From assembly GCF_009914755.1 (NCBI RefSeq), contig NC_060945.1: 64,000 nucleotides of DNA. One strand, given 5' to 3'. Of this stretch, positions 37,801 through 54,730 are shown piece after piece. Made by a program: the position numbers and the translations under genes. The DNA comes from the human T2T-CHM13v2.0 reference genome, Homo sapiens. Under the pieces are notes generated by a model that was not told the DNA's origin, did no database searches, and saw nothing but the letters and a program-made list of their open reading frames with translations. Within the stretch, counting starts at the first letter, position 1. Each line of letters begins with the position of its first letter.

Positions 37801-38887
37801 TTGTGACATATCTCTGCAATGGTCACACAGGTGATGTACCTGTTGTCTATATCTGCTTACTGGTGACATTGCAGCATATTTCTGAAGTGATCACCCAGCT
37901 GATGTACTCTTGTCTTGGATCAGCCTATGGGGTCATAGTGACATATCTCTGCACTTATCACTCCTGTGACGTGACGCTTGTCTAATCTGCGCCTAAAGGG
38001 GAATTGTGACAGATATCTCCAGTGATCACTCAGGTGATGTAACAATTTTCTGGGATTTGTCTACAGGGGGCTTTGTGACATATCTTTGCACTGATCATCC
38101 AGGAGATGTTACTCTTGCCTGGGCTCGGCCTAAAGGGGCTTTGTGACATTTTTCTGCACCGATCTCCCAGGTGATGTAACACTTGTCAAGGCTCTGCCTA
38201 CACGGGAATTCTCACATATCTCTGCACTGATCACCCAGGTGATGTAACTCCTGCCTAAGTTCAGCCTACTGGAACATTGTGACATATCTCTACACTGATC
38301 ATCCAGGTTATGTAACCCTTGTCTGAGCTCTGCCTACAGGGGCATTGCGACAAATCTCTCCACTGCTCACTCAGGTGATGTAACAGTTGTCTGGGCTTTG
38401 CCTACCGGGGGCTTTGTGATATACATGTGAACTGATCAAACAGTTGATGTAACACTTGTCAAAGTTCTGCTTACAGGGGCTTTGTGACATATCTCTGCAC
38501 TGATCACCCCAGGGAGAAAACACTTGTTTACACTCTGCCTACAGGAGGCTTTACGACTTATCTCTGCACTGATCACTAGGTGATGTAACACTTGTCTAAG
38601 CTCTGTCTACACGGGAATTTTCACATATCTCTACACTGATCACATAAGTGATGTAACCCTTGTCTAGGTTCAGCCTACTGGCGATTTCTGACATACCTAT
38701 GCACTGATCACGGAGGTGATGTAAATCATTTCCAGGCTTTTTGTACAGTGGACATTGTGATATATCTCTGCACTGATAACCCAAATGATGCAAATCTTCT
38801 CTAGGCTCCGCAGGGATGAGGCATTGTGACATATTTTTGAACTGATCATCCAGAAGATGTAACTATTCTCTAGGCTTTGACTAAGGA
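31851..38887 (-). repeat. Beta-satellite array (~7.0 kb)
   Basis: Continuous 68-bp monomers after a short triplicated junction sequence. Confidence 0.95.
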
Positions 38888-39586
38888 GAGTCGGAAGGTG
38901 TTGGGGGAGCCTCAGCAGGAATTTCATGGACAGACTAGGGCACAGAGAGGCCAGCCGGCTCCCTTGCACGTCAGCAGGGGTGCGCAATGAGCGCAGGTCT
39001 AGCCAGGAGGCCAGCAAAGTGAGCTAGAGTTCTGCGTTCCGCCGCCAGGCGCTCCATGGTGGCAGCTGGGAGGCTGCCGGAACACTTGCGGGTCGGCGAC
39101 CGTGGCGCAGAGTCGCAGAGGAGGCGAGTGCCGGAGGGTTGTCAGGCCTGGATGCTGCAAGGGCCCGTTGTTTTGCGGGACGGGGTTCTCCACCCAGCCC
39201 AGGGGAGGACGTATTTTCCAGGGGTGGGGTGTGGGGATGGGGTGGGGTGTTCAGGCGGGGGTGGGGTGGTGGAAAGGCATGAGAGCTCTGCCTGTGCTGC
39301 TCCCACAGCCCAGGCAGCTGCCCGCAAACCCGCGCGTTCGCAGTAGGTGGCCCACCTTCTGGTAACTGGGCTGGCTCTGGGATCCCTGGGATGCCCAGAA
39401 AGAATGGCAGTTCTCCACTCTGTGGAGTCTCTCACTGGGCCTAGACCAAGGAGGCAGGCATCCTAGGCCAGTCAGCCCAGTGGAGAGGGCGGGAGAAAGA
39501 CACACCCCTCCATAGTCAGCCAGGTGTTCCCCGTGAAAGAGAGGCCACCGCCCTGCCCCGACCTGACCTCTTCCCAACCCCGCATC

Positions 39587-41026
<1,440 letters not shown>

Positions 41027-41653
41027 TCATGAATGGCGGTGAGCCCTGGGACAGCACGCCCCACACTGGAAGGGTCCTAGGGCGTCGAGGCCTGTGGATG
41101 GGGGGTGGTTGTGTTGGGGGGGAGGGCGTGGTGATGGTGGTGGTGGGGCTGGAGAGACGAAGAGGAAGGGGTCGAGAGGGAAGGGGTGAGGGGGGCACGT
41201 TTCGGGGGCTAGCACTCCGCACCTCACCAGGAGTCCCGCAGGAGCTGGAAGCCGCACTCTGGGCTCCCACGTGTCTTCAGCAGGGAGAAACCGGCCTGGG
41301 AGGGTGGAGGGGAGTGTGGAACTTAACCTCTGTGGGAGTCTGGAGTGTTCCAGGCCCTCTTTCCTTGAAGCAGGTAGAGCCTGTGGGTGTCGCCGTTGTC
41401 GGGACATTCTCACACACACAGGCGTGGGGCTCTCGTTCATTTCCACGTAGGAGGCCAGAGTGAGAGCCCAGAGAGAAGATGCCTCCCCGGCGTGATAGCC
41501 TGAGGATGGATTCCCGTGTGCGGCAACATGGGGAGTCTGCAGTGTGGCCGGTTTGGAAACTGGCAAGGAGAGCGAAGGCACCATGCCGGTCTTCCACCCT
41601 TCCCTGAATGTTTCCGGGTGCCCGCAGAGCTCCGGGAGCAAACAGTCAGCATG

Positions 41654-42733
41654 ACAGATCTCTCAACTGATCAACAAATGATGTAACCCTTGTCTAGTCT
41701 CTGCCTACAGGGGCTTTGTGACATATCTCTGCACTGATCACCCAGGTGATGGGACTTTTGTCTAGGCTCTGCCTATGGGGACATTGTGACATATCTCTAC
41801 ACTGATCACCCAGGTCATGGACTCTTATTTAGATCTGCCTACATGGACATTGTGACACATCTCTGAACTGATCAACCAAGTGATGAAACTCTTGTCTAGT
41901 CTCTACCTACAGGGGCATATTGAGACATCTCTGCACTGATAACCCGGAGGAGGGATCTCTTGTCTACGTTCTGCCTACAGGAGTCTTCATGAATTATACC
42001 TGCACTGATAACCTAGGTGATGTAACACTTGTCTAGGCTTGGCATACACTGGAAATCTCACATATCTCTGCACTGATCACCTGGGTGATGTAACTCCTGT
42101 CTAGGTTGAGCCTACAGGAGAGTTTTGACGTATCTCTGCACTGATCACCCAGGTGATGTAACCCTTGTCTAAGCTCTGCCTACAGGGGCATTGTGACAGA
42201 TGTCTCCACTGCTCACCCAGGTGATGTAACAATTGTCTGGGCTTTGCCTACAGGGGACTTTGTGATATACATTTCCACTGATGAAACAGGTGATGTAACC
42301 CTTGTGAAGGTTCTGCTTACAGGGGCTTTGTGACATATCTCTGCACTGATCACCCCTGGGAGGAAACACTTGTCTACACTCTGCCTACAGGAGGCTTTAC
42401 AACTTATCCCTGCACTATTCACTACGTGATGTAACACTTGTCTAGGCTCTGTCTACACGGGAATTTTCACATATCTCTACACTGATCACATAAGTGATGT
42501 AACCCTTGTCTAGGTTCAGCCTACAGGGGATTTCTGACATACCTATGCACAGATCACCGAGGTGATGTAAATTATTTCCAGCCTTTTCGTACAGGGGACA
42601 TTGTGATATATCTCTGCACTGATCACCCAAATGATGCAAATCTTCTCTAGGCTCCGCAGGGAGGTGGCATTGTGACGTATTTCTGAACTGATCATCCAGG
42701 AGATATAACTATTCTCCAGGCTTTGACTAAAGA
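41654..42733 (-). repeat. Short beta-satellite array (~1.1 kb)
   Basis: About 16 monomers of 68 bp. Confidence 0.95.
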
Positions 42734-43416
42734 GCGTCGGAAGGTATTGGGAGAGCCTCAGCCATAATTTCACAAACAGACAAGGGCACAGAGAGGCCTG
42801 CGGGTTCCCTTGCACCTCATTCGGGTTGCACAATGAGCGCAGGTCTAGCCAGGAGGCCGGCAAATAAAGCTAGAGGTCTGCGTTCTGCCTCCAGGCTCTC
42901 CATGGGGGCAGCTGGGAGGCTGCAGGGGCATGGGTGGGCTGGCGAAGATGGCACAGAGGCGCCAGAGGGGTGTCAGGGCTGGACGCTGTGCAGACCCGGT
43001 GTTTCGCGGGATGGGGGTCCCCACCCAACCCAGTGGAGGACGCATTTTCAGGCGGGGGTGTGGGGGTGGGGTGGGGGTGGTCAGGCAGGGGTGGGGTGCT
43101 GGAAAGGCATGAGAGCTCTGCCCGGGCTGCTCCCACAGCCCAGTCGGCTGCCCACAAACCCGCGCGTGCGCAGTAGGCGGCCCACCTGCTGGTACCTAGG
43201 CCGGCTCTGGGATCCCCGGGATGCCCATAAATAATGGTAGTTCTCCACTGAGTGGATTCTCTCATCGGGCCTAGAACAAGAAGGCAGGAATCCCAGGCGA
43301 GTCAGCCCTGTTGAGGGGGCGGGGGGAACACATGCCCCTCCATAGCCAGCAAGGTGTTCCCCTCGAAAGAGAGGCCACCGCCCTGCCCCGACCTGACCCC
43401 GTCCCAACCCCGCGTC

Positions 43417-44864
<1,448 letters not shown>

Positions 44865-45478
44865 CAGTGAGCCCTCGGACAGGCCTCCCCACCACAGAAG
44901 GGTCCCAGGGTTTCGAGGGTGCGGCCCCGGGGTGGTAGGGTGGGGTGGCAGGGCGTGGTGATGGTGGTGGTGGGGCCGGAGAGACGAAGAGGAAGTTGGC
45001 GAGGGGGAAAGGGTTAGGGGGGTGCGTTTCAGGGGCTGGCTCTCCGGACCACCCCAGGAATCCCGCGGGAACTGGAAGCCGCTCTCTGGGCTCCAACGCG
45101 TTTTCAGCAGGGAGAAACCGGCCTGGGAGGGTGCAGGGAAGCGTGGAACTGAACCTCCGTGGGAGTCTTGAGTGTTCCAGGCCCTCTCTCCATGAAGGAG
45201 GCAGTGCCTGTGGGTGTCGTCATTGCCGGGACAGTCTCACGCGCAGGCTTGTGGCTCTCGTTCATTTCCATGTAGGAGACCAGAGCGAGACCCCAGAGAG
45301 AAGATGCCGCACCGGCGTGATGGCCTGACGATGGATTCCCGTGTGCGGCAACATGGGGAGTCTGCAGTGTGGCCGGTTTGGAAACTGGCAAGGAGAGCGA
45401 AGGCACCATGAAGGTCTTCCACCCTTCCCTGCATGTTTCTGGGTGCCCGCAGAGATCCGGGAGCAAACAGTCAGCATG

Positions 45479-48400
45479 ACATATCTCTGAACTGATAAAC
45501 AAAGTGATGTGACTCTTGTCTAGGCTCTGCCTACAGGGGATTTGTGACACATCTCTGCACTGATCACCCAGGTGATGTAACCCTTGTGTTGGATCTGCCT
45601 ATGGGGGCATTGTGGCATATTTCTGTACAGATCACACAGGTGATGGGGCTCTTGTTTAGGCTCTGTTTATGGGGGCTTTGTGACATATCTCTGCACTGAT
45701 CACCCAGGTGATGTAACGCTTGACTAGGCTCTGCCTATGGGGCATAGTGACATATCACTGCATTGATCTCCGAGGTGAGGTAACTCTTGTCCAGACACTG
45801 CTTACAGGGGGCCTTGTGACATATACCTGCACTGATCATTTGGTGATGTAACTCTTGATTACGCTCTGACTGCAGGGCAGAGATACTGTGAAATATCTCT
45901 GCACTGATCAAACAGGTGATGGGACTCATCTCTAGGCTCTGCCTACTGGGGGCATTGTCACATATTTCTGCACGGATCACACAGGTGACGGACTCTTGTC
46001 TTGGATTTGCCTATGGGGGCATTGGGACGCATCTCTGCACTGATCACCCAGGTGATTTAATTCTTTTCTAAGCTCTGCCTAAAGGGGCATTGTGACAGAT
46101 CTCTGCACTGATCACTCAGGTGATGTAACTATTGTCTGTGCTCTGCTTAAAGGGGCCTTGTCACATATCTCTACACTGATCACCCAGGTGATGTAACTCT
46201 CGTCTAGGCTCTGCTCACAGGGGGTATTGTGACATATCTCCGCACTGATCACCTAAGTGATGTAACACTTGTGTAGGCTCTACCTACAGGGGCATTTTGA
46301 CATATCTCTGCACTTTTAACAGAGGTGATGTAGCTCTTGTCTAGGCTGTGCCCTCAGGAGTATTGAGAAATATCTCTGCACTGATCCCGAGGTGATCCAA
46401 CTCTTGCCTGTTCTCTGCCTATAGAGGACATTGTGACATATCTCTGCACTGATCTCCCAGGTGCTGTAAATTTAGTGTAGGCTCTGGCTACACGGCATTG
46501 TGACATATCACTGCACAGATCACCCAGGTGATATATCTCTTGTCTAGGCTCTGCCTACAGGGGGCTTGTGACATATCACTGCACTGATCACCCAAGTGAT
46601 GTAACTCTTTTCTAGCATCTGCCTACAGGGTGCTTTGTGACATATCCCCGCAATGATCACCCAGGTGATATGCCACTTGTCAAGGCTCTGCCTACAGGCA
46701 CATTGCGATGTATCTCTGCACTGATCACCTAGGTCATGTAACACTTGTCTAGGCTTTGTCTACCATGGCATTGTGACATATCTCTGCAGTGATCATCAAA
46801 GTGATGTAACTCTTTTCTAGGATCTGCCTAAAGGGATTTTGTGACATAACACTGTACTGATCCTCCAGGTGATGGGGCATTTGTCTAGGCTCTGCCTAAG
46901 GGGGTATTGTGACATATTTCTGCACTGATCACCCTGGTGATGGACACATGTCTTGGATCTGCCTATGGGGCATTGTGACATAACTCTGCACTGATCACCC
47001 AGGTGATGTAACTGTTGTATAAGCTCTGCCTACAGGGGAATTGTGAGAGATCTCGCCACTGATCACCCAAGTGATATAATGATAGTCTAGGCTTTGCCTA
47101 CAGGGGGCTTTTTGACATACCTTTGCACTGATCACCCAGGTGACGTAACTCATCTAAGTTCCACGTACAGGAGCTTTGTGACATACCTTTGCACTGATCA
47201 TCCAGGTGACGTAACTCATCTAAGTTCTGCCTACAGGAGCTTTGTAACATATCTCTGCACTGATCACTCAGGTGATGTAACACTTTTTTAAGCACTGCCT
47301 ACAGGGAATTTTGACAAATCTCTGCACTGATCACCTAGGTGATGTAACTCTTCTCTACCCTCTGCTCAAAGGGGGAATCGTGAAATATCTCTGCACTGAT
47401 CACCCAGGTGATTCAACTCTTGTCTAGGATCTGTCTACAGGGGGTATTGTGCGATATCTCTGCACTGATCAACTAGGTGATGTAAATAGTGTCTAGGCTC
47501 AGCCTACAGGAGCGTTTTCACATATCCCTGAACTGATGACAAAGGTGATGTAACTCTTGCCTAGGCTTTGCCTACAGGGGACATTTTGACATACCTCTGT
47601 ACTGATCACCCAGGTGATCCAACTCTTCTCTACGCTCTGCCTACAGGGGGCATTGTGACATATCTCTGAACTGATCACCCAGGTGATGTAACTCTTTTCT
47701 AATCTCTGCCTACAGAGGGCGTTGTGACATCACTCTGCACGGATCACCCGGGTTATGTAACTCTTGTCTAGGCTCAGCCTACGGGGGCATTGTGCCTTAT
47801 CTCTGCACTGATCACCCAGGAGATGTGATTCTTCTCTAAGACCTGCCTAGAGGGACACTGGGACATATCCCTGCACTGATTTCTGAGGTGATGTAAAACT
47901 TGTCTAGGCTTTGCCTACAGTGGTATTTCTGACATATATGTGCATTGATCACCCAGGTGATGTAACTCTTGTCTAGGCTCTGCTTACAGGTGGTATTGTG
48001 ACATATCTCTGCACTGATCACCCAGGTGATGAAAGTCTTCTCTAGGCTCTGCCTAGAGGGGCATTTTCTCATATCACTGCACTGATCACTGAGATGATGT
48101 AACTCTTTTATAGGCTTCAGCAACTGTGGGCATTGAGACATATCTATGCACTGATCACCGAGTTGATGTAACTCTTGTCTGGGATCTGCTTACAGGGGGC
48201 ATTGTGACATATGTCTGCCCTGATCACCCAGGTCATGTAACTCTTGTCTAGCCTCTGCCTACTGGAGACATTGTGACATATTTCCCCACTGATCACCCAG
48301 GTGATGTCACTTTTCTCAAGGATATGGCTACAAGGATATTTTGACATGTCACTGCACTGATCACACAGCTGATATAACTCTTGTCTAGGCTTTGCTGACA

Positions 48401-50448
48401 GGGGCTTGTGACACATCTCTGCACTGATCACCCAGGTGATGTAACCCTTCTCTAGGCTATGCCAAAAGGGTGATTGTGATATAACTCTGCACTGATCACC
48501 CGGGTGATGGGACTCTTGTCTAGGCTCTGCCTACAGGGGCAATGTGATATATCTCTGCAGTGATCACGCAGGTGAAGTAACTCTTGTCTATATCTGCCTA
48601 CTGGCGACATTGTGGCATATTTCTGCACTGGTCACTCAGGTGATGGACTCTTGTCTTGGAACTGCCTATGGGGGCATAGTGACATATCTCTGCACTCATC
48701 ACTCATATGATGTAACGCTTGTCTAAGCTGCGCCTAAAGGAGAATTGTGACAGATATCTCCACTGAACACCCAGGTGATGTAACAATTTTCTGGGATTTG
48801 TCTACAGGGGGCTTTGTGACATAACTTTGCACTGATCACCCAGGAGATGTAATCTTGTCTAGGATCGGCCTACAAGTGCTTTGTTACATATTTCTGCACT
48901 GATCACGGAGGTGATGTAACACTTGTCTGGACTCCGCCTACTTGGGCTTTGTGAGATATCTCTGCACTTATCACCCAGGTGATGTAACTCTTCTCTAGGC
49001 TCCACCTACCTGGGGTATTGGAACCTATTTCTGCACTGATCACCCAGGTGATGTAACATGTATCTAGGCTCTGCCTACTGGGGCGTTTTGACATAGCTCT
49101 GCACAGATCACCTAGCTTATGTAACTCTTGTCCACTCTCTGCCTACAGGGGACATTGTGAAATATCCCTGCACTGATCACCCAGGTGATGGGACTCTTCT
49201 CTATACTCTGCCTAGAGGGGGATTTGTGACATATCTTTGCACTGATCACCCAGGTGATGGAAGTCTTGTCTAGGCTCTGTCTATGGGGGCATTGTGTCAA
49301 ATATCTGCACTGATCACCCAGGTGATGTAACTCTTTTCTAGGCTCTGTCTACAGGGATTTTTGTGACATATCACTGCACTGATCAACTAGGTGATGTAAG
49401 CCTTTTATGGGCTCTGCCTACAGAAGGCTTTGTGACATATCCATGCACTGATCTCTGAGGTGATGCAACTCTTGTCTAGGCACTGCCTACAGGGGACATT
49501 GTTACATATCTCTGCACTGATCACCCAGGTGATGGAGCCTTGTCTTAGATCTGCCTACATGGACATTGTGACACATCTCTGAACTGATCAACCAAGTGAT
49601 GATACTCTTGTCTAGGCTCTGCCTACATGGGCTTTGTGACACATCTCTGCACTGATCACCCTGGGGAGGGAACTCTTGTCTATGCTCTGCCTACAGGAGG
49701 CTTTATGACTTATTACTGCACTGATAACCTAGGTGATATAACACTTGTCTAGGCTCTGCCTACACGGGAATTCTCACATATCTCTGCACTGATCACCCAG
49801 GTGATGTGACTTCTGTCTAGGTTCAGCCTACAGGAGGGTTTTGACATATCTCTGCACTGATCACCCAGGTGATGTAACTCTTGTCTAAGCTCTGCCTACA
49901 GGGGCATTGTGACAGATCTCTCCACTGCTCACCCAGCTGATGTAACAATTTTCTGGGCTTTGTCTACAGGGGCTTTGTTTTATACATTTCCACTGATCAA
50001 ACAAGTGATGTAACCCTTGTCAAGTTTCTGCTTACAGGGCCTTTGTAACATATCTCTGCACTGATCACCCCAGGGAGGAAACATTTGTCTACACTCTACC
50101 TACAGGAGGCTTTACGACTTATCCCTGCACTGATCACTAGGTGATGTAACATTTGTCTAGGCTCTGTCTGCACGGGAATTTTCATATATCTCTATACTGA
50201 TCACCTAAGTGATGTAACCCTTGTCTAGCTTCAGCCTACTGGGGATTTCTGACATACCTATGCACTGATCACCGAGGTGATGGAAATCATTTCCAGGCTT
50301 TTTGTACAGGGGACTTTGTGATATATCTCTGCACTGATCACCCAAATGATGCAAATCTACTCTAGGCTCCACACGGAGGGGGCATTGTGACATATTTCAG
50401 AACTTTTCATCCAGGAGATGTAACTATTCTCCAGGCTTTGACTAAAGA
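45479..50448 (-). repeat. Beta-satellite array (~5.0 kb)
   Basis: Continuous 68-bp monomers. Confidence 0.95.
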
Positions 50449-50990
50449 CTGTCGGAAAGTGTTGGGAGAGCCTCAGCTGGAATTTCACGGACGGACAACA
50501 GCACAGAGAGGACAGTTGGCTCCCTTGCATATCATCCGAGATGCACAATGATCGCAGGTCTAGCAAGAAGGCCGGCAAAGAGAGCTAGAGTTCTGAGTTC
50601 CGCCGCCAGGAGCTCCATGGTGGCAGCTGGGAGGCTGCAGGGGCACGGGCGGGCCTGTGATGGTGGTGCGGGGACGCAGAGGAGGCGAGCTGCCAGAGGG
50701 GTGTCAGGCTTGGATGATGCGCGGGCCCGATATTTCGCGTGACGGGGGTCTCCACCCAGCCCAGGGGAGGATGCGTTTTCCGGGGTGGGGGGTGGGTTTG
50801 GGGAGGGGGTGGTCAGGCATGGGTGGGGTGGTGGAAAGGCATGAGAGCTCTTCCCGGGCTGCTACAACTGCCCAGGAGGCTGCCCGCAAATGAGCTCCTG
50901 CGCAGTAGGCGGCCCACCTGCTGGTACCAGGGCCGCCTGTGGGATTCCCGGGATGCCCAGGAATGAATGGCAGTTCTCCACTCTGTGGAG
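50449..50990 (-). repeat. D4Z4-like 3' fragment 9 (pLAM-like tail, intron 2, part of exon 2; no DUX CDS)
   Basis: Ends at ...ctctgtGGAG|atgtgactcttgtc, fused to satellite. Confidence 0.88.
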
Positions 50991-53552
50991 ATGTGACTCT
51001 TGTCTAAGCTCTGCCTAGAGGGACATTGGGACATATCTCTGCACTGATCGCTGAGGTGATGTAAAATTTGTCTAGGCTTTGCATACAGTGGGATTTATGA
51101 CATATCTCTACACTGATCACCCAGGTGATGTAACTCTTGTCTAGGCTCTGCTTACAAGGGGTATTGTGAGATAAATCTGCACTGATCACCCAGTTGACAG
51201 ACTCTTCTCTTGCATCTGCCTATGGGGGCATAGGAACATATCTCTCCACTGATCACCTAGGTGATGTAACTCGTGTTTAGCCTCTGCCTACAGGGGCATT
51301 TTAACATATCACTGCACTGATCACCGAGATGATGTAACTCTTGTATAGGCTTCGCTGACAGGGGGCATTGACCCGTATCTCTGCACTGATCACCGAGGTG
51401 ATGTAACTCTTGTCTAGGCTCTGCTTACAGGGGGCATTGTGACATATCTCTGCCCTGATCACCAAGCTGATGTAACTCTTGTCTAGGCTCTGCCTACTGG
51501 AGACATTGTGACATATCTCCGCACTGATCAACCAAGTGATGTCACTTTTGTCAAGGATATGTCTACAGGGGCATTGTGACATGTAACTGCACTGATCACA
51601 CAGCAGATGTAGGTCTTGTCTAGGCTCTGGCTACAGGGGCTTGTGACACATCTCTGCACTGATCACCCAGGTGATGTAACCCTTGTCTAGGCTCTGCCAA
51701 AAGGGGGCATTGTGACATAACGCTGCACTGATCACCCATGTGATGGGACACTTGACTAGGTTCTGCCCACAGGGGAATTGTGATATATCCTTGCAGTGAT
51801 CACGTAGGTGATGTAACTCTTGTCTATATCTGCCTACTGGCGTCATTGTGGCATATTTCTGCACTGATCACCCAGGTGATGGACTCTTGTCTTGGATCTG
51901 CCTATGGGGGCATAGTGACATATCTCTGCACTGATTACTCATGTGATGTAACGCTTGTCTAAGCTGCGCCTAAAGGAGAATTTTGACAGATATCTCCACA
52001 GATCACCCAGGTGATGTAACAATTTTCTAGGGTTTGTCTACAGGGGGTTTTGTGACATATGTTTGCACTGATCACCCAGGAGATGTAACAACCCTTTTCT
52101 AGGCTTGGGCTACAGGGGCTTTGTGACATATTTCTGCACTGATCACCCAGGTGATGTAACATTTGTCTAGGCTCTGCCTACAGGTGCATTTTGACATAGT
52201 TCTGCACAGATCACGTAGGTTATGTAACTCTTTTCCACTCTCTGCCTACAGGGGGCATTGTGAAATATCTCTGCACTCATCACCGAGGTGATGGGACTCT
52301 TCTCTATACTCTGCCTAGAGGGCGATTTGTGACATATCTCTTCACTGATAACCCAGGTGACGGAATTCTTGTCTAGGATCTGTCTATGGGGGCATTGTGT
52401 CAAATAACTGCCCTGATCACCCAGGTGATGTAACTCTTTTCTAGGCTCTGTCTACAGGGATTTTTGTGACATATCAGTGCACTGATAACCTAGGTGATGT
52501 AAGGCTTGTATGGGCTTTGCCTACAGAAGGCTTTGTGACTAATCTATGCACTGATCTCTGAGGTGATGCAACTCTTGTCTAGGCACTGCCTCCAGGGGAC
52601 ATTGGTAGATATCTCTGCACTGATCACCCAGGTGATGGACCATTGTCTTAGGTCTGCCATCATGGACATTGTGACACATCTCTGAACAGATCAACCAAAT
52701 GATGAAACTCTTGTCTAGGCTCTGCCTTCAGGGGATTCGTGACACATCTCTGCACTGATCACCCTGGGGAGGGAACTCTTGTCTATGCTCTGCCTACAGG
52801 AGGCTTTATGACTTATACCTGCACTGATAACATAGCTGATGTAATACTTGTCTAGGCTCTGCCTAAACGGGAATTCTCACATGTCTCTGCACTGATCACC
52901 CAGGTGATGTAACTCCTGTCTAGGTTCAGCCTACAGGAGCATTTTGACATATTTCTGCACTGATCACCCAGGTGATGTAACCCTTGTCAAAGCTCTGCCT
53001 ACAGGGACATTGTGACAGATCTCTCCACTGCTCACCCAGGTGATGTAACAATTGTCTGGGCTTTGCCTACAGGGGGCTTTGTGATATACATTTCCACTGA
53101 TCAAACAGGTGATGTAACCCTTCTCAAGGTTCTGCTTACAGGGGATTTGTGACATATCTCTGCATTGATCACCCCAGGGAGGAAGCACTTGTCTACACTC
53201 TGCCTACAGGAGGCTTTATGACTTATCCCTGCTCTGATCACTAGGTGATGTAACACTTGTCTAGGCTCTGTCTACACGGGAATTTTCATATATCTCTACA
53301 CTGATCACCTAAGTGATGTAACCCTTGTCTAGCTTCAGCTTACTGGGGATTTCTCACATACCTATGCACTGATCACTGAGGTGATGTAAATCATTTCCAG
53401 GCTTTTTGTACAGGGGACACTGTGATATATCCCTGCACTGATCACCCAAATGATGCAAATCTACTCTAGGCTCCGCAGGGAGGGGGCATTGTGACAGATT
53501 TCTGAACTTATCATCTGGGAGATATAACTATTCTCCAGGATTTGACGAAAGG
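50991..53552 (-). repeat. Beta-satellite array (~2.6 kb)
   Basis: Continuous 68-bp monomers. Confidence 0.95.
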
Positions 53553-53865
53553 GCTTCAGAAGGTGTTGGGAGAGCCTCAGCCAGAATTTCACGGACAGAC
53601 AAGGGCACAGAGAGGCGAGCAAGCTCCCTTGCACAACAGCCAGTGTGTGCAATGAGCGCAGGTTTAGCCACGAGTCCAGCAAAGAGAGCTAGAGGTCTGC
53701 GTTCTGCCGCCAGGAGCTCCATGGTGGCAGCTGGGAGGCTGCAGTGGCACGGGCGGGCCGGCGACGGTGGCGCAGAGGCTTAGAGGTGGGGAGCCGCCGG
53801 AAGGGTGTCAGGCCTGGACGCTGCGTGGGCCCAGTGTTTCCCGGGACAGTGGTCTCCACCCAGCC
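53553..53865 (-). repeat. D4Z4-like 3' fragment 10L, left of the inversion junction
   Basis: pLAM-like tail plus part of intron 2, stops at ggtctccacccagcc. Confidence 0.88.
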
Positions 53866-54730
53866 TGGAGACCAGGAGTGATATCTGGTTTCAGAGTCGA
53901 AGGACCAGGCACCTGGGAGAGGTGGGCAGGGCGCCTGCGCAGGTGGTGGCCTGTGCAACGTGGTCCCCTGTGGGTGTCACCCTGCTCCCTCGTGGGTCAC
54001 CTTTGCCCACACCGGCACAAGGGCAAGGAGTCTTCCCGCACCCCACGTGCCTTGCTCCTGGGGCTCTCCCACAGGGGGCTTTCGTGAGCCAGGGAGCGAG
54101 GGCCGTCCCTGTGCTCCAGCCCAGCCAGGCCGCGCCAGCAGAGGGGATCCCCCAACCTGCCCCGGCAGGCGGGGATTTTGCCAATTCTGCCCTGACTCCT
54201 CCGGAATGGGAGCTCTCCCACCCTCAGTCTTCTCGGTGGCCTCTGCAGCTGGGCAAAAGCTGGGAGGACCGGGACGCGCAGCGCGACAGCTTGCTGGACC
54301 CTTGCGCGGTGGGACCGCCTGGGCCTGCTCAAGCGGGGCCACAGGGCCAAGGTGTGCTTGTGCCACCCAAGTCCTAGGGGAGTCCGTCGTGGGGCTGTGG
54401 CCGGTGTCCGCAGGTCGCCGGGGCGGCGTGGGAACCCCAGGACGGGACAGCTCCACCATGCCAGTCCGCCCCCCCAGAGGCCTCGCCTGGCAGGGGCAGA
54501 TGCAAGGCATCCCGGTGCTCTCACAGGCCCTCCAGGAGCGGGGACGCTTGTCTGCACTCCCCTCCGGCCTGATGCTGGATGAGATCCTGGAGAGCTTGGA
54601 GTTTCTGCAGCAGATGCAACCTTTCCTAGAAACGGAGGCCCTGGGAGAGCTGGAGGCCTTGGAAGAGTCCGCCTTGCTGGAAGCACCCCTCAGAGAGGAA
54701 GAATACCGGGCTCTGCTGGAGGAGCTTCAG
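53864..54730 (+). pseudogene. DUX4L: 5'-truncated DUX4-like pseudogene, copy 10
   Basis: [18 protein letters not shown]... onward; internal stop at 54375-54377; C-terminus [11 protein letters not shown] with TAG>CAG at 54728-54730. Confidence 0.9.
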
